DNA of 61,444 bases, from contig CAYVXV010000005.1 of the NCBI GenBank assembly GCA_964455555.1, positions 1 through 61,444 on the forward strand. The letters run 5' to 3'. Under the pieces are notes generated by a model that was given only the letters and a program-made list of their open reading frames with translations, did not search any database and was not told the origin of the DNA. This document shows, piece by piece, positions 25,837 through 36,208 of the stretch; the stretch's first letter is position 1, and every line of letters begins with the position of its first letter. A program made the position numbers and the translations under genes. Origin of the DNA: an uncultured Pseudomonadales bacterium. Its GTDB lineage: Bacteria > Patescibacteriota > Microgenomatia > UBA1400 > PJMF01.

Positions 25837-26523
25837 CTAATAACGGACTGAAGAATTAGCCGGCCGGGCATTTACCAGCCAAACGTAGTAATAGCCATTG
25901 ATAGTATGTTCCCGTCTATGATTCAGTTTCCAAAACTTAAGTTCTTTATGAAAATCTTGATAGATTGCATCCCAAACCAGCTCTTTCGTTTCATTGCAGA
26001 AATGCCCCCACTCAATGACGGCGTCAGAAAAACCCTCATTTGAAGGGCCCAAAAACCGGCCAAATTTCCAGTAGTAAACTTCCAGCGGCTTAGGCATACG
26101 GAAAACCAGAATTACCTTGTCTTTAAGGCATTTATCAGTCTCAATTCCTAACTCCCACAGCTTTTGCTCTTTTGCCCTTCCGGTAACGATGGTAAAGCTC
26201 GGAATAGCCAGGTTGTTCTGAGCAATATGGTCGATAATTGCCTGCGAAACCCTGCCGCCTTGATCACAGTCTTGCTGCAGCAGATCAATAAACCTCTGGC
26301 GGAACATTTCTGAAACCGCCTCCGCAAACTGCTCAACAAGACTGGCAACCTCTCCTTCTTTTGGGCTAACTAATCCCTCTGCTGCAAACTCAACCAAACA
26401 CTGCCTACCACTGTCTCTTTGATGTGATGATTTTCGTTCTGTTTCTGGAGTGGGATTTTGGGGTCGTTGGGGGTGCCATTGCTGTAAATCATATGCTATC
26501 GAAACAAGCGCCTCATGACCCAT
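25837..26523 (-). CDS. Hypothetical 228-aa protein
   Basis: ORF only, Trp/Tyr-rich at the C-terminus. No motif. Confidence 0.45.
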   Translation of the reverse strand: MGHEALVSIAYDLQQWHPQRPQNPTPETERKSSHQRDSGRQCLVEFAAEGLVSPKEGEVASLVEQFAEAVSEMFRQRFIDLLQQDCDQGGRVSQAIIDHIAQNNLAIPSFTIVTGRAKEQKLWELGIETDKCLKDKVILVFRMPKPLEVYYWKFGRFLGPSNEGFSDAVIEWGHFCNETKELVWDAIYQDFHKELKFWKLNHRREHTINGYYYVWLVNARPANSSVRY

Positions 26524-26549
26524 ACCATCTATAGTAGTAGAATGGCGTC

Positions 26550-27251
26550 ATGAACACAAGAAGTGCTCTGAGAAATGTTAAGAGCAAATTGGCAACGGCA
26601 ATGCGGCTGGACTTGTTGTATCCGCTAAAAAGTTATTCTCAGGAAGGAGAAGATTTGGTCCTGCAAAAACTTTTTGCCGGAAGAAATCAGGGTTTTTATG
26701 TCGACGTAGGCGCTCATCATCCCTACCGCTATTCAAATACTTATCTGCTTTATAAACAAGGCTGGGTGGGCATCAATATCGACGCTACACCCGGCAGCAT
26801 GGACGCTTTTAAGCAGACCCGCAGCGCGGATATTAATCTAGAGGCAGCAGTGGGAACTAAAAACAGTCCGCAAAAATATTACTGCTTTGCTGACAGTGCC
26901 TTTAACACTTTTTCAAAGAAGACAGCGGATGAGGTTGTTAAAAATAAGCAATCCAAGCTGGTTGATGTCACCAGCCTCGTACCTCAAACCTTAGCCAAGG
27001 TTTTAGATGCACATTTGCCGGAAGGGACAGATGTTGATTATTTGAACATCGATGCTGAAGGCTGTGACTTAGATATTCTTAAATCCAATAACTGGATAAA
27101 ATATCTGCCGGAAGTTATTTCCGTTGAAGTGGGCTCTGATTTTGATCTAACAAAACATGCCAAAGATTCAACTGCAAAGTTTTTAGAGCAAAAAGGCTTC
27201 CAACTCTACTCAAGGCTTTTTAATACGGCCATTTTTGTAAGGCGCGATTAA
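26550..27251 (+). CDS. FkbM-family methyltransferase
   Basis: FYVDVGAHHPYRYSNT...GINIDA, typical of FkbM SAM-dependent methyltransferases. Confidence 0.65.
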   Translation: MNTRSALRNVKSKLATAMRLDLLYPLKSYSQEGEDLVLQKLFAGRNQGFYVDVGAHHPYRYSNTYLLYKQGWVGINIDATPGSMDAFKQTRSADINLEAAVGTKNSPQKYYCFADSAFNTFSKKTADEVVKNKQSKLVDVTSLVPQTLAKVLDAHLPEGTDVDYLNIDAEGCDLDILKSNNWIKYLPEVISVEVGSDFDLTKHAKDSTAKFLEQKGFQLYSRLFNTAIFVRRD

Positions 27252-28184
27252 CCTTTGCAGCAGCCCTGCAATCGAACCAATCATTACCATAAAATCTGAA
27301 ACAACCTGCAGCACCGGCAGCCAATACCAGCCCCTGGGTGTATAGCGCAGATTTTTAGCCACCGACCAGATTACATAGAGAACAAAGAGCAATAGAACTG
27401 GCAGGATTGATTTTTGCTCTAACAATAAAAGCAAATTGACAACAAGCAAGTAGCGCAAAAATACCAACGTCACCTTAGGGCGAAGAATGCCAGCATAAAT
27501 GTCGCCGCGGGCAAAACGAAAGATCATTTTGGCAAAGGCTCTCAGACTGCTCCTTGGCTGCCAGTTAACAATTGCATTAGGTGCTAATGCAATTGTTGCT
27601 CCGCTTGCTTGAAGCGATTTGGCAAACACATAGTCCTCGTTGTCGCTCAAACTTTCATCAAATTTTCCTAACCTCAACCATATTTTTTTGGTTAATAGCA
27701 TTGAGCGGGTAGCCGGCAAAAATGTCTCCGGGTTAAGCCGGTCCGGCATAACCAGTGCGTAAGGAACAACTGCTTCTTCAAATGGGGTCTCTGCCAAACC
27801 TCGGTAATAGCCGGAAACAACATCGGGCTTTTTATCAACATAGACCTTTAGAAGATTTTCAAGCCAATCCGGCTCCGGAATACAGCCGGAATCGGTTATA
27901 GCAACCAGCTCAGTTTTTACAGCAGCGATGCCGGCATTGCGCCCAACACTTCTATTTCCGGCAACAGAAATTAGTTTTAGCTGTTTATAATTTTTTTGTT
28001 CTTTTAGAATTATTTTTCTTGTATCATCTGTTGATTTTGCTTCGGCTATAATTACCGCATCAGCTGCAACTGTTTGTTTTTTCAATCCATCTATCAAACC
28101 ACCGATTGAGCGCTCTTCATTTAATGCCGTTACCACCACAGTCACGGGCGGATACTTTTGGTGATTCGTTAAATGCTTTTTCAT
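27210..28184 (-). CDS. Family 2 glycosyltransferase with C-terminal TM helices
   Basis: VTVVVTALNEERSIGGLIDGL, DSG and DNED motifs. The 3-prime end overlaps the convergent FkbM gene. Confidence 0.75.
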   Translation of the reverse strand: MKKHLTNHQKYPPVTVVVTALNEERSIGGLIDGLKKQTVAADAVIIAEAKSTDDTRKIILKEQKNYKQLKLISVAGNRSVGRNAGIAAVKTELVAITDSGCIPEPDWLENLLKVYVDKKPDVVSGYYRGLAETPFEEAVVPYALVMPDRLNPETFLPATRSMLLTKKIWLRLGKFDESLSDNEDYVFAKSLQASGATIALAPNAIVNWQPRSSLRAFAKMIFRFARGDIYAGILRPKVTLVFLRYLLVVNLLLLLEQKSILPVLLLFVLYVIWSVAKNLRYTPRGWYWLPVLQVVSDFMVMIGSIAGLLQRLIAPYKNGRIKKP

Positions 28185-28249
28185 GACTGCAGTTTGTGCA
28201 AATTAACTATGATACTTTTGTGTCAATTGTACTCTACCGACCTAATAAG

Positions 28250-29998
28250 ATGAAGCTAATTGGCTATGTTATTGTCATCATAATGTTCTTTCTGAGTGCT
28301 GGCAAATCAGCTGCCTCAGAAGTATTTAGTGATGATTTTTCCAGTGGGCTGACAAAGTGGGAAGTTATACCAGGAAATATGTCATCCAGCTGGACTATTT
28401 CTAATGGCGCTCTCACAGCCTATCTGCCCGACAGATTTAAAGTAACCTACCTAGTCCCTAAAAACCAATACTGGAATTCAGATTGGAAAAACTACAGGTT
28501 TTCTTTTGATTACTATCCAACGCAAGGTGTGGACAAAAACCTTGGTTTTGGCTTTGTAGATAGCTCTACTTGGTATGAAATCCACTTCTATTCCACTGGC
28601 TACGAGGTTTTAAAATTGATACAGGGGCAGACTATCTGGGTGTTTCGCGGAACACAAACACTTTCAAACGGCACAAACTATCATCTGGACATTGAGTTTA
28701 ATGAGGGCATCATCCTGCTCTATAAAGATGGCCAGCTGATAATCGACCTAGTTGACCCAACTTTTTCAGGGAATTATGGCAAGCCCGTTCTCAAAGCAAC
28801 AACAGGTGCTGCTACTCCAACTAGAGTGACTTTTGATAATGTTGTTGTTTCAGTTCTTGAACCGCAGGCCGGCAAGGAATTGCCGGTGCCGCTTCTTAAA
28901 CAAACTGATCCTACTTGGGCCTGGGAGGAGTATAACTCTGCAGCCAGCTGGGCTAGCGACCCCACCATCAAGGCTTGGGGCTGTGCCATGACTTCAGCCG
29001 CTATGGTTTTTCAATATTATGGCATTACCCACCTGCCTGACGGCTCGCTGCTCACGCCATCAACGTTAAATATTTGGTTGAAAAATCAGGTTGACGGATA
29101 CATTGGCGCCGGTTTGACTAACTGGCTGGCGCTGACTCGGCTTGCCAAACAAATGCATGATATTTCCGACACACCAAAACTTGAGTACTCCAGAGTCAAC
29201 GGAAACAGCCTGCAAGCGGGCATATCTGAAATTGACCATGATCAACCTGTCATCATGAATATCCCCGGACACTTTGTAGTCGGAAAGGGCTACAACACTA
29301 ATCAGACAGATTTCCTTATCAATGACCCGGCTTACTCTTACACACGCTTAAGTGAGCATAACACCCAGCTTCTCTCAACACGGATTTTTACTCCCAGCAA
29401 TACCGACTTAAGCTATCTGCTGTTTATTTATCAGCCAGAGCTAGATGTCTCTGTTTCCCTTGATGGGCAAGAGCTTGCCGAACTATCATTCTTAGCTGAA
29501 AATATTAATGCTTTCGAATCGCAAGAGGCCGGCGACACCATGATAACGGCAGAAATTACAAATCCCGATCAGGGCATCTATAAACTCACTCTCTCAAAAG
29601 ATGCCATAGCCCCAAGTCAGCTGGACATCTTTGGCTACTCTTCTCAGGGTGAAGTAATCAAACTAAGCTACGAAGGGTTGGTGGGGCCTTTGCCTGTGCA
29701 TCTTTATCTCGCATATGATCCAACTGGTGAAGCAACAATTTTTCAAAATTACACATTTCATGAGCTAATCGCGGATCTAGAAGGTCTGTTTGCTGCCGAC
29801 CAACTCTACTCTGCCAGCTCCTGGCTGGTGCTAAACCAAACTGTTCAATATGCACTAGATCGCTCAGCTTCAGATCAACTGCGCTATCTAAATCTCTTTG
29901 AGAAGCAATTGTATTATTTTGAAAACCAATTTTCAGAAACAGGTTTAGCTTTTCTTAAGCAGCAGTTGAGTGTATTGAGGACTAGCTTGGAACAATAG
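28250..29998 (+). CDS. Secreted protein: N-terminal jelly-roll (DUF1080/LamG-like) domain plus peptidase C39-like domain
   Basis: Signal peptide starting at the Met at 28250. AWGCAMTSAAMVFQYYG is typical of the catalytic Cys region of C39-like peptidases, and HFVVGKGY supplies a candidate His. Confidence 0.55.
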   Translation: MKLIGYVIVIIMFFLSAGKSAASEVFSDDFSSGLTKWEVIPGNMSSSWTISNGALTAYLPDRFKVTYLVPKNQYWNSDWKNYRFSFDYYPTQGVDKNLGFGFVDSSTWYEIHFYSTGYEVLKLIQGQTIWVFRGTQTLSNGTNYHLDIEFNEGIILLYKDGQLIIDLVDPTFSGNYGKPVLKATTGAATPTRVTFDNVVVSVLEPQAGKELPVPLLKQTDPTWAWEEYNSAASWASDPTIKAWGCAMTSAAMVFQYYGITHLPDGSLLTPSTLNIWLKNQVDGYIGAGLTNWLALTRLAKQMHDISDTPKLEYSRVNGNSLQAGISEIDHDQPVIMNIPGHFVVGKGYNTNQTDFLINDPAYSYTRLSEHNTQLLSTRIFTPSNTDLSYLLFIYQPELDVSVSLDGQELAELSFLAENINAFESQEAGDTMITAEITNPDQGIYKLTLSKDAIAPSQLDIFGYSSQGEVIKLSYEGLVGPLPVHLYLAYDPTGEATIFQNYTFHELIADLEGLFAADQLYSASSWLVLNQTVQYALDRSASDQLRYLNLFEKQLYYFENQFSETGLAFLKQQLSVLRTSLEQ

Positions 29999-30038
29999 CT
30001 ATAATCGCCTTGAGCCGCTAAGGTATAATACAGTCCTC

Positions 30039-31199
30039 ATGGAAGCAATAAAATGTTTTTGGGACCAGCTCAAGAAACCTATCATCGGGTTGTCACCGAT
30101 GGATGGCGTAACTGACCAGCCATACCGGTTTATCCAGAAAAAGTATGGTGCCCCTGCCGTGGTTTACACAGAATTTACCAGCGTAGAGGGTGTCTGCCAT
30201 AATGCCGAGAGACTGCTAAAAGATTTTCTATATGATGAAAGCCAGCGGCCAGTAATAGCTCAGGTTTATGGCACTACCCCGGATTACTTCCGCCAAACAG
30301 CCACTTTGCTTTGCGAACTTGGTTTCGATGGCATCGATATAAACATGGGTTGCCCGGCTAAAAATGTTGAGCACTCAGGAGCCGGGGCAGCTTTGATTAA
30401 GACCCCGGAGCTTGCCCAAGAAATTGTCACAGCAACTAAAGCCGGAGTCCAAGACTGGCTGAATGGCAAAACATCTAGAGACTGCAAAGACCTTAAGAAA
30501 AGAATCTGGACCGAGGTTGAAAAAAGGCACAGCAAACTGCCTAGAGCCAACCAGTTAAAAAGAGAGATTCCGGTCAGCGTCAAAACAAGGGTGGGCTATG
30601 ATCAGCCGGTCATTGAAGACTGGATTCCCGCCCTGCTGGAAACAGAACCCGCAGCTATTGCTATCCATGGTAGAACCCTGAAACAGCACTACAGCGGCCA
30701 AGCAAATTGGGAGAACATTGGCCGGGCAGCAGAGCTGATTAAAACCACCGGCACGTTGGTGCTCGGCAACGGAGACTTGGAAAATTATCAGCACGCACTG
30801 GAGCACTGCAAAACCTATGGGACCGATGGCGCCCTGTTAGGCAGAGCTACTTTTGGCAATCCCTATGCTCTCTGCCCCGACACAGGCAGCCAACCAGCCA
30901 GCCTCTTTGAAATAGCCCTGGAGCATTCTTTAACTTTCGAAAGTGTTTATGCGAGTGGCGAGCGTTACAATTTCCTGCCAATGCGCAAGCATTTAGGCTG
31001 GTATGTAAAAAACATTCCCAATGCCAGTGAAATCAGAAAAGAGATTTTCACAGCCAATAGCGCTGCGGAGGTAGCAGAAATTTTTCTAAAGCATGAACTA
31101 CTTTCTGCCACACAAATTGAAAGAATTCAAGCTCAGATGCCGTCCCCTGATTCTCAATTGGCAATCTCACCAGGGGAAAGTATAATAACAATGGCCTAA
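30039..31199 (+). CDS. dus: tRNA-dihydrouridine synthase
   Basis: LSPMDGVTDQPYRF, DINMGCP and HGRT motifs of the Dus family. Confidence 0.8.
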   Translation: MEAIKCFWDQLKKPIIGLSPMDGVTDQPYRFIQKKYGAPAVVYTEFTSVEGVCHNAERLLKDFLYDESQRPVIAQVYGTTPDYFRQTATLLCELGFDGIDINMGCPAKNVEHSGAGAALIKTPELAQEIVTATKAGVQDWLNGKTSRDCKDLKKRIWTEVEKRHSKLPRANQLKREIPVSVKTRVGYDQPVIEDWIPALLETEPAAIAIHGRTLKQHYSGQANWENIGRAAELIKTTGTLVLGNGDLENYQHALEHCKTYGTDGALLGRATFGNPYALCPDTGSQPASLFEIALEHSLTFESVYASGERYNFLPMRKHLGWYVKNIPNASEIRKEIFTANSAAEVAEIFLKHELLSATQIERIQAQMPSPDSQLAISPGESIITMA

Positions 31200-31200
31200 A

Positions 31201-31274
31201 GGTCGCATAGCTCAGTTGGTTAGAGCGCACGATTCACATTCGTGAGGTCCCTGGTTCGAGTCCAGGTGCGACCA
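31201..31274 (+). tRNA. tRNA-Val (anticodon CAC)
   Basis: Acceptor GGTCGCA/TGCGACC-A, D-arm GCTC-AGTTGGTTA-GAGC, anticodon loop TTCACAT, T-loop TTCGAGT. Confidence 0.9.
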
Positions 31275-31346
31275 CAGTTTATACTTTACAAGATTTCCTA
31301 ACATCCCTCTACACTTTGTACCCCCAAGTTATGTTAGACCAAAAGC

Positions 31347-31997
31347 GTGCGCATCTTTTCCTTGATTAAAAACACGCTGCTATTTATCCTCTGGCCTGAA
31401 TTTTGCTGCTGCTGCGATAAGTACGGCACCCTGCTTTGCAGTACCTGCTATGAAGAGCTGGCTTTTTTTACTCTTCCGATCTCCCTTAAATTAAAGGACT
31501 CATTGCTAGATCAAGTTTTGGCAGCTTTGGAATTAGAAGGAGGAGCAAGAAAATTAATTCATTCCCTGAAATATCACAACGTTAAAGATGCCGGCAGGAT
31601 CTGCGCTCAGATAATTTTCCAAAGTGTGCTGCTGCCTGATTTTGATTTGGTTACTGCTGTGCCTTTGCACAGAAAAAGAGAAAGCCAACGAGGCTATAAC
31701 CAAGCTGAGGTAATTGCACGGTACTTGGCGAGATTTTCCAACAGGCCTTATATTGACGCTATTAAAAGAACAGTGTTCACCGCCCCGCAAGCTAAAACCA
31801 TTGCTAAATCGGAAAGGCTAAAAAAACTGGAAAATGCTTTCTCACTCAACCTGCCTGTTTCAATAATTAAAGGCAAAACAGTTTTGCTGGTTGATGACGT
31901 AGCTACCACCGGAACAACCTTAAACGAATGTGCCAAAATTTTAAGGCAAAATGGGGCAAAAATGGTTTGTGCCGTGGTTGTCGCCCACGGGGGCTGA
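31347..31997 (+). CDS. comFC: ComF-family phosphoribosyltransferase-domain protein
   Basis: N-terminal Cys cluster (CCCCDKYGTLLCSTC) and C-terminal PRTase loop LLVDDVATTGTTL. Confidence 0.75.
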   Translation: MRIFSLIKNTLLFILWPEFCCCCDKYGTLLCSTCYEELAFFTLPISLKLKDSLLDQVLAALELEGGARKLIHSLKYHNVKDAGRICAQIIFQSVLLPDFDLVTAVPLHRKRESQRGYNQAEVIARYLARFSNRPYIDAIKRTVFTAPQAKTIAKSERLKKLENAFSLNLPVSIIKGKTVLLVDDVATTGTTLNECAKILRQNGAKMVCAVVVAHGG

Positions 31998-32041
31998 TGC
32001 TGAAAATATCTGCCGCACACTTGAAAAAAACGCTAAAAAAC

Positions 32042-32308
32042 CTATAATACGGATACTTCGGGGATGTATTGCTTTGACGTGATACGCTCATTAACATCTG
32101 CAGACCGTCTTTGATCAGAGAAGACGTTAAACAGGGTCACAAACACAACTGCAAACGAAAAAATTGCAGGCGCCAAAAGCATGTTGCTCGAAACCCTTGG
32201 TTTCGGCTCATCTGAGGCCCCAGCTTTCGCTCCAGCAATGGTTGCGTAAAGCGGCATTCGGTTGTCCGGTCTCATTGATGCCGGCTTCCGGGTGAAAACC
32301 TTAATCAA
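32042..32308 (-). CDS. Hypothetical 88-aa protein with one TM segment (doubtful)
   Basis: ORF only, overlapped by other short ORFs. Confidence 0.2.
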   Translation of the reverse strand: MIKVFTRKPASMRPDNRMPLYATIAGAKAGASDEPKPRVSSNMLLAPAIFSFAVVFVTLFNVFSDQRRSADVNERITSKQYIPEVSVL

Positions 32309-32480
32309 TGTGACAGCAGCCCGTCGCTTGTTGCGGACAGCTTAAGACTAAAGACAAGGATTGGTTGAAAACGGTTGGTTTGCTTTACCTCTCATCCAAT
32401 AACAAAGGCAAACTAAGTCTGTAGATGATGTTATTGCTCTATTGCGGACGGGGGCTCAAAACCCCCCATCTCCACTATAA

Positions 32481-32504
32481 AATAGCCCCTTGCCGGGGCT
32501 ATTT
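32481..32504 (-). terminator. Rho-independent terminator of 32508-32777
   Basis: TAGCCCC-loop-GGGGCTA hairpin immediately after the stop codon, with a T-run on the minus strand. Confidence 0.65.
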
Positions 32505-32507
32505 CAC

Positions 32508-32777
32508 TTAGTCTATATCTAACTCTTCAAGAAGTGAGCAAGTTGCGTAGAGCAAAACTCCTTCATCTGAGTTGACAATATCAAGGTCGATCCCGCCTTG
32601 ATACTCATCTCTTCGATTATTAGCTCTAAACATCAATTTGCCCACCTGCACTTGCAGAGGCCAATCAGATAACAGAAATGTTATGGACTCCCCTGGTGAT
32701 AAGGAATAAAGAGTTTCAAGCACTTCCCTAGCATGATGATCCTCATTTAAATCGAGCGCCTCAGGGTTGCGATTCAT
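32508..32777 (-). CDS. Hypothetical 89-aa acidic protein
   Basis: ORF with its own terminator; no motif. Confidence 0.45.
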   Translation of the reverse strand: MNRNPEALDLNEDHHAREVLETLYSLSPGESITFLLSDWPLQVQVGKLMFRANNRRDEYQGGIDLDIVNSDEGVLLYATCSLLEELDID

Positions 32778-32851
32778 AATAAAATCCTTTGAGGGCAGAT
32801 AAATAATAAATATGCAATCTTGTTATGCGGCACCGCACCGGGTGGTTAAGA

Positions 32852-33796
32852 TTATCTTCTAAACCGGTTCCAAACCCAGCGGACCAGCAAAACCAGGGGC
32901 AGCCAGATCACGGCATAAACTGCAATCCAAACGGCAAACACTCCCAGTTTGAGGAATGTTTCCTTTAGCGATTCCCAGGCTGCTTCAAATTCGCCCCGGA
33001 AATCACCTGGAACTCCTGGATTATAGTAGCGTTCGCTGTCAGCAGCAGAGATTGAGATAGCTGCAAACTGAGTGTTTTCTGCAGTAGTTCCCTGAGCGCT
33101 CCTGGCTTGTTCCAGTTGCCGCTCCAAGGTTTCTATCTGAAGTTGAACCCGACGGTAGTCCGGTGTGCCAGCATTAAGGCCAGCCAACTCAATTTCTTTC
33201 TCTTGAATCTGGCTCTCTAATCTTTTAATTTGCTCCTCTTGGTTGACCACCTGGCCTGTAATGTCATCAACACTCACATTTTCCTGTACTATTTTTCTCA
33301 CACCTTCCTTAGCTCTCATGTTAGTTTCGTCAAATCGGTTCAGCGGGACTTTGGCATAAAGATAACCCGAGTTGTATCTGTTGAAGCTGTTTGTTGAATA
33401 TGATAAAACCCGGCCGTCTACGCTCTCAATAAATTCTTTCATCGAGTTCATGTAAGCAGACACATCTCGGTGAATGACCTGAAAATTGGCAGACCGCAGG
33501 GTTACCCTGTTATCAACATAAAGGGCGTCATCCGGAGGATAATAAGGAGGAAAAAATCCGGTGCTAGAAATATCTCTGGCAAACTGTTGATCCATCATCA
33601 AGCCTGGTTCAGCTGCGCCATATCCGGCGCCTTCACCCGGGAAGAGTTTTTGCATTGGCATTGTTTCAGTTGCCGGCCCTCTCATCATTGACCGAAAACC
33701 ATAAAAGTTTGGCCCAAAAGCAGTGGTGATAAGGAGGGTGGCTACTGCCAAGCCGCCGAGGATTAGAACAAGGCGTTTATTTTGCATATAACCCAT
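32852..33796 (-). CDS. Membrane-anchored coiled-coil protein (DUF4349-like architecture)
   Basis: N-terminal TM segment, a central coiled coil (EEQIKRLESQIQEKEIELA) and a C-terminal TM helix. Confidence 0.4.
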   Translation of the reverse strand: MGYMQNKRLVLILGGLAVATLLITTAFGPNFYGFRSMMRGPATETMPMQKLFPGEGAGYGAAEPGLMMDQQFARDISSTGFFPPYYPPDDALYVDNRVTLRSANFQVIHRDVSAYMNSMKEFIESVDGRVLSYSTNSFNRYNSGYLYAKVPLNRFDETNMRAKEGVRKIVQENVSVDDITGQVVNQEEQIKRLESQIQEKEIELAGLNAGTPDYRRVQLQIETLERQLEQARSAQGTTAENTQFAAISISAADSERYYNPGVPGDFRGEFEAAWESLKETFLKLGVFAVWIAVYAVIWLPLVLLVRWVWNRFRR

Positions 33797-33844
33797 TCTA
33801 GCACTAGAGCCATCACACTTAAAGCGATCATTAAATTGGAGACA

Positions 33845-36064
33845 TTATTGCTGTTGTGAGGCTTCTCTGGACCTCATGTATTCCATGAGAGCAGTGGTAT
33901 TTACCGTTCGCGGTTTGCTGCCATCAGGCGGACCTACCATACCGGCGCTCTGGAGCTGATCTAGGATCCTGGCTGCCCGATTATACCCAACTGAGAACCT
34001 TCTCTGAATTGAAGATGCCGATCCCTTACCGTCTTTGGCCACGTACTTGGCAACTTCATCAAACAATTCGTCACGGTCATCCACACCGCCCAAGGCAGCC
34101 CCGGCACCACTAGAACTGGCTTTATATTTAGTAGTAATCTCTTCCTCATATTGAGGCTCTTGTCCTTGGGCCTTAATAAATTCAATCAAATTCTTGATTT
34201 CGATGTCAGAGACAAATGTTCCCTGCAAGCGCATAGGCTTGGCTTTATCAGGAGGTAAATATAGCATGTCTCCCCTGCCAAGCAGTTTCTCTGCCCCCGG
34301 AGTATCCAAAATAACTCTAGAATCAGTCATCGAGGATACATTAAACGCTATCCTGCCTGGAATATTAGCTTTGATTAAACCAGTAATAACGTCAACAGAA
34401 GGCCTTTGCGTAGCCAACACTAAGTGGATGCCAACGGCACGGGCCATTTGGGCAATCCTAGTGACACTCTCTTCAACCTGGGCCGGGGCAAAGAGCATTA
34501 CATCAGCCAACTCATCAATTACAATTACGATGCTCGGCATAGCTGCCAAGCCTGCCAGTTCATTGTAGGCATCAATATTCCTGACGCCCACTTCCGCCAA
34601 CTGTTTGTAACGTTTTTCCATTTCGTGCGTGGCCCATTGCAAGGCAGAAACCACTTTCTTGGGTTCTACAATAACTGGCACCAACAGATGGGGAATGTCA
34701 TTGTATCCAGTTAACTCGACGCGCTTGGGGTCAACCAAGATAAGCTTAACTTCATCAGGGCTAGCCCTAAACAATATTGAGCAGAGAAAACTATTAATAG
34801 CTACCGATTTGCCTGAACCGGTGGCACCTGCAATCAAAATATGTGGCAGCTTAGCAATATCCATCATCATCGGATTACCGGATACGTTAATACCCAGGGC
34901 TACAGCCAGCTTAGATGGGTATTTTTTCATCTGAGTGCTGCCCAACATCTTCCTTAAGGTCACATATTGGGCAGAATGATTGGGCACTTCTATACCGACC
35001 AATGACCGGCCGGCAATCGGAGCCTCTATCCTAATCTGGCCTCCGGGTGCTGCCAAAGCCAAGGCTAAGTCAGTAGACAAGCCGGTAATTTTGGAAAGCT
35101 TTGTTCCCCTGCTTATTTCCAGAGCATACTGGGTTACTGAGGGGCCATAATTTACCTCTGCTACCTTGGCAGTAATGCCAAAGGAATTGAGGGTATTCTC
35201 GATCTTTTGGGCGTTTGATTTAACATCACCGCGGTCTGCTTCTCCACCTTCTGAATTGCTCAGCAATGACAGTGGTGGGTATTCCCAAACCATTTTGGCA
35301 TTGTTGGTAGACAGTAAGGCTCCGCTTAGTTCACCGGGTGCAGCCGCCTCACCTTCGGTTGTAGCCTCTGACGACTCAGGGTCCACAGCTGTTCCGGACT
35401 GATCGTTGCCAAGGTCAGCATTTTCTGCGGCGCCCTTATTGATGCTAAATGGCTGCTCAGCCAGCTTCTTGCCAAAAGAGAGCTTGGGCAGCGAAAAACC
35501 CCGGAAGCCTTTTTGTTCATCTTTTTCTTCTGGAGCTAGCTGCACGTCATCCTTTTTGCGCAGAGCCTTGAAGGCTGCAACTCCCTCAACCACTTCCGTA
35601 ATTGAAAGTTGGGTGATTATTAAAATACCGATAATCAAGAGTGTGATAAAAAATACATAGGAACCGGCACTGGAGAGCAATTTGGCAACATTCTCAAAGG
35701 TATTGGCACCTATCTCACCAGCTTTAAAAGTTCCAAGCACTCCCAACATTACTAAGATGGTGCCCAGAAGGACATTGGGCTTTGACCAAGCCCATTTTGT
35801 CTTGAACATCATCATACCGGCTGCAATAAACACAAAGGGCAGGAAAAGCATAGAAATGCCCAGTTGGTACATTAGGCCTGCATTAATATACGCCAAAAGA
35901 GCGCCTTGGCCTGAAAAAGAAACTACCACCAATACTCCTAACATAATCAGGGTCACGGCAATAATTGAGTGAACTGTTTCACTCTTTAAATTTAGTTTTG
36001 GTGCTTTACTTTTGCGGCGCCTGCCCATAAAAGCCTTTGTTGTCCTGCTCAGTAGAATAAACAA
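33845..36064 (-). CDS. ftsK: DNA translocase FtsK/SpoIIIE
   Basis: N-terminal TM helices, linker, Walker A IAGATGSGKSV, Walker B VIVIDELAD and a C-terminal gamma (winged-helix) domain. The start may be an internal Met. Confidence 0.9.
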   Translation of the reverse strand: MFILLSRTTKAFMGRRRKSKAPKLNLKSETVHSIIAVTLIMLGVLVVVSFSGQGALLAYINAGLMYQLGISMLFLPFVFIAAGMMMFKTKWAWSKPNVLLGTILVMLGVLGTFKAGEIGANTFENVAKLLSSAGSYVFFITLLIIGILIITQLSITEVVEGVAAFKALRKKDDVQLAPEEKDEQKGFRGFSLPKLSFGKKLAEQPFSINKGAAENADLGNDQSGTAVDPESSEATTEGEAAAPGELSGALLSTNNAKMVWEYPPLSLLSNSEGGEADRGDVKSNAQKIENTLNSFGITAKVAEVNYGPSVTQYALEISRGTKLSKITGLSTDLALALAAPGGQIRIEAPIAGRSLVGIEVPNHSAQYVTLRKMLGSTQMKKYPSKLAVALGINVSGNPMMMDIAKLPHILIAGATGSGKSVAINSFLCSILFRASPDEVKLILVDPKRVELTGYNDIPHLLVPVIVEPKKVVSALQWATHEMEKRYKQLAEVGVRNIDAYNELAGLAAMPSIVIVIDELADVMLFAPAQVEESVTRIAQMARAVGIHLVLATQRPSVDVITGLIKANIPGRIAFNVSSMTDSRVILDTPGAEKLLGRGDMLYLPPDKAKPMRLQGTFVSDIEIKNLIEFIKAQGQEPQYEEEITTKYKASSSGAGAALGGVDDRDELFDEVAKYVAKDGKGSASSIQRRFSVGYNRAARILDQLQSAGMVGPPDGSKPRTVNTTALMEYMRSREASQQQ

Positions 36065-36208
36065 TATTTATTATAGGATATACCAGTTTTTGATTACCTC
36101 TGCAAGAGCCAAACAATTTATATACACAGTGTAGCGCTTCTACCTGGCTAAGAGCAACTGGGAAAGAGTGTTCTTCTTGATGTACTGCTTGATACACTCC
36201 CCAATGAT

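Noticed and set aside
34194-35972. Multiple + strand ORFs overlapping ftsK, and similar shadows in typA, rnj, sufB, the Nudix gene, the lipoprotein gene and galU
   Set aside because: These are antisense shadows of long conserved genes. They have no start or SD context and biased composition.
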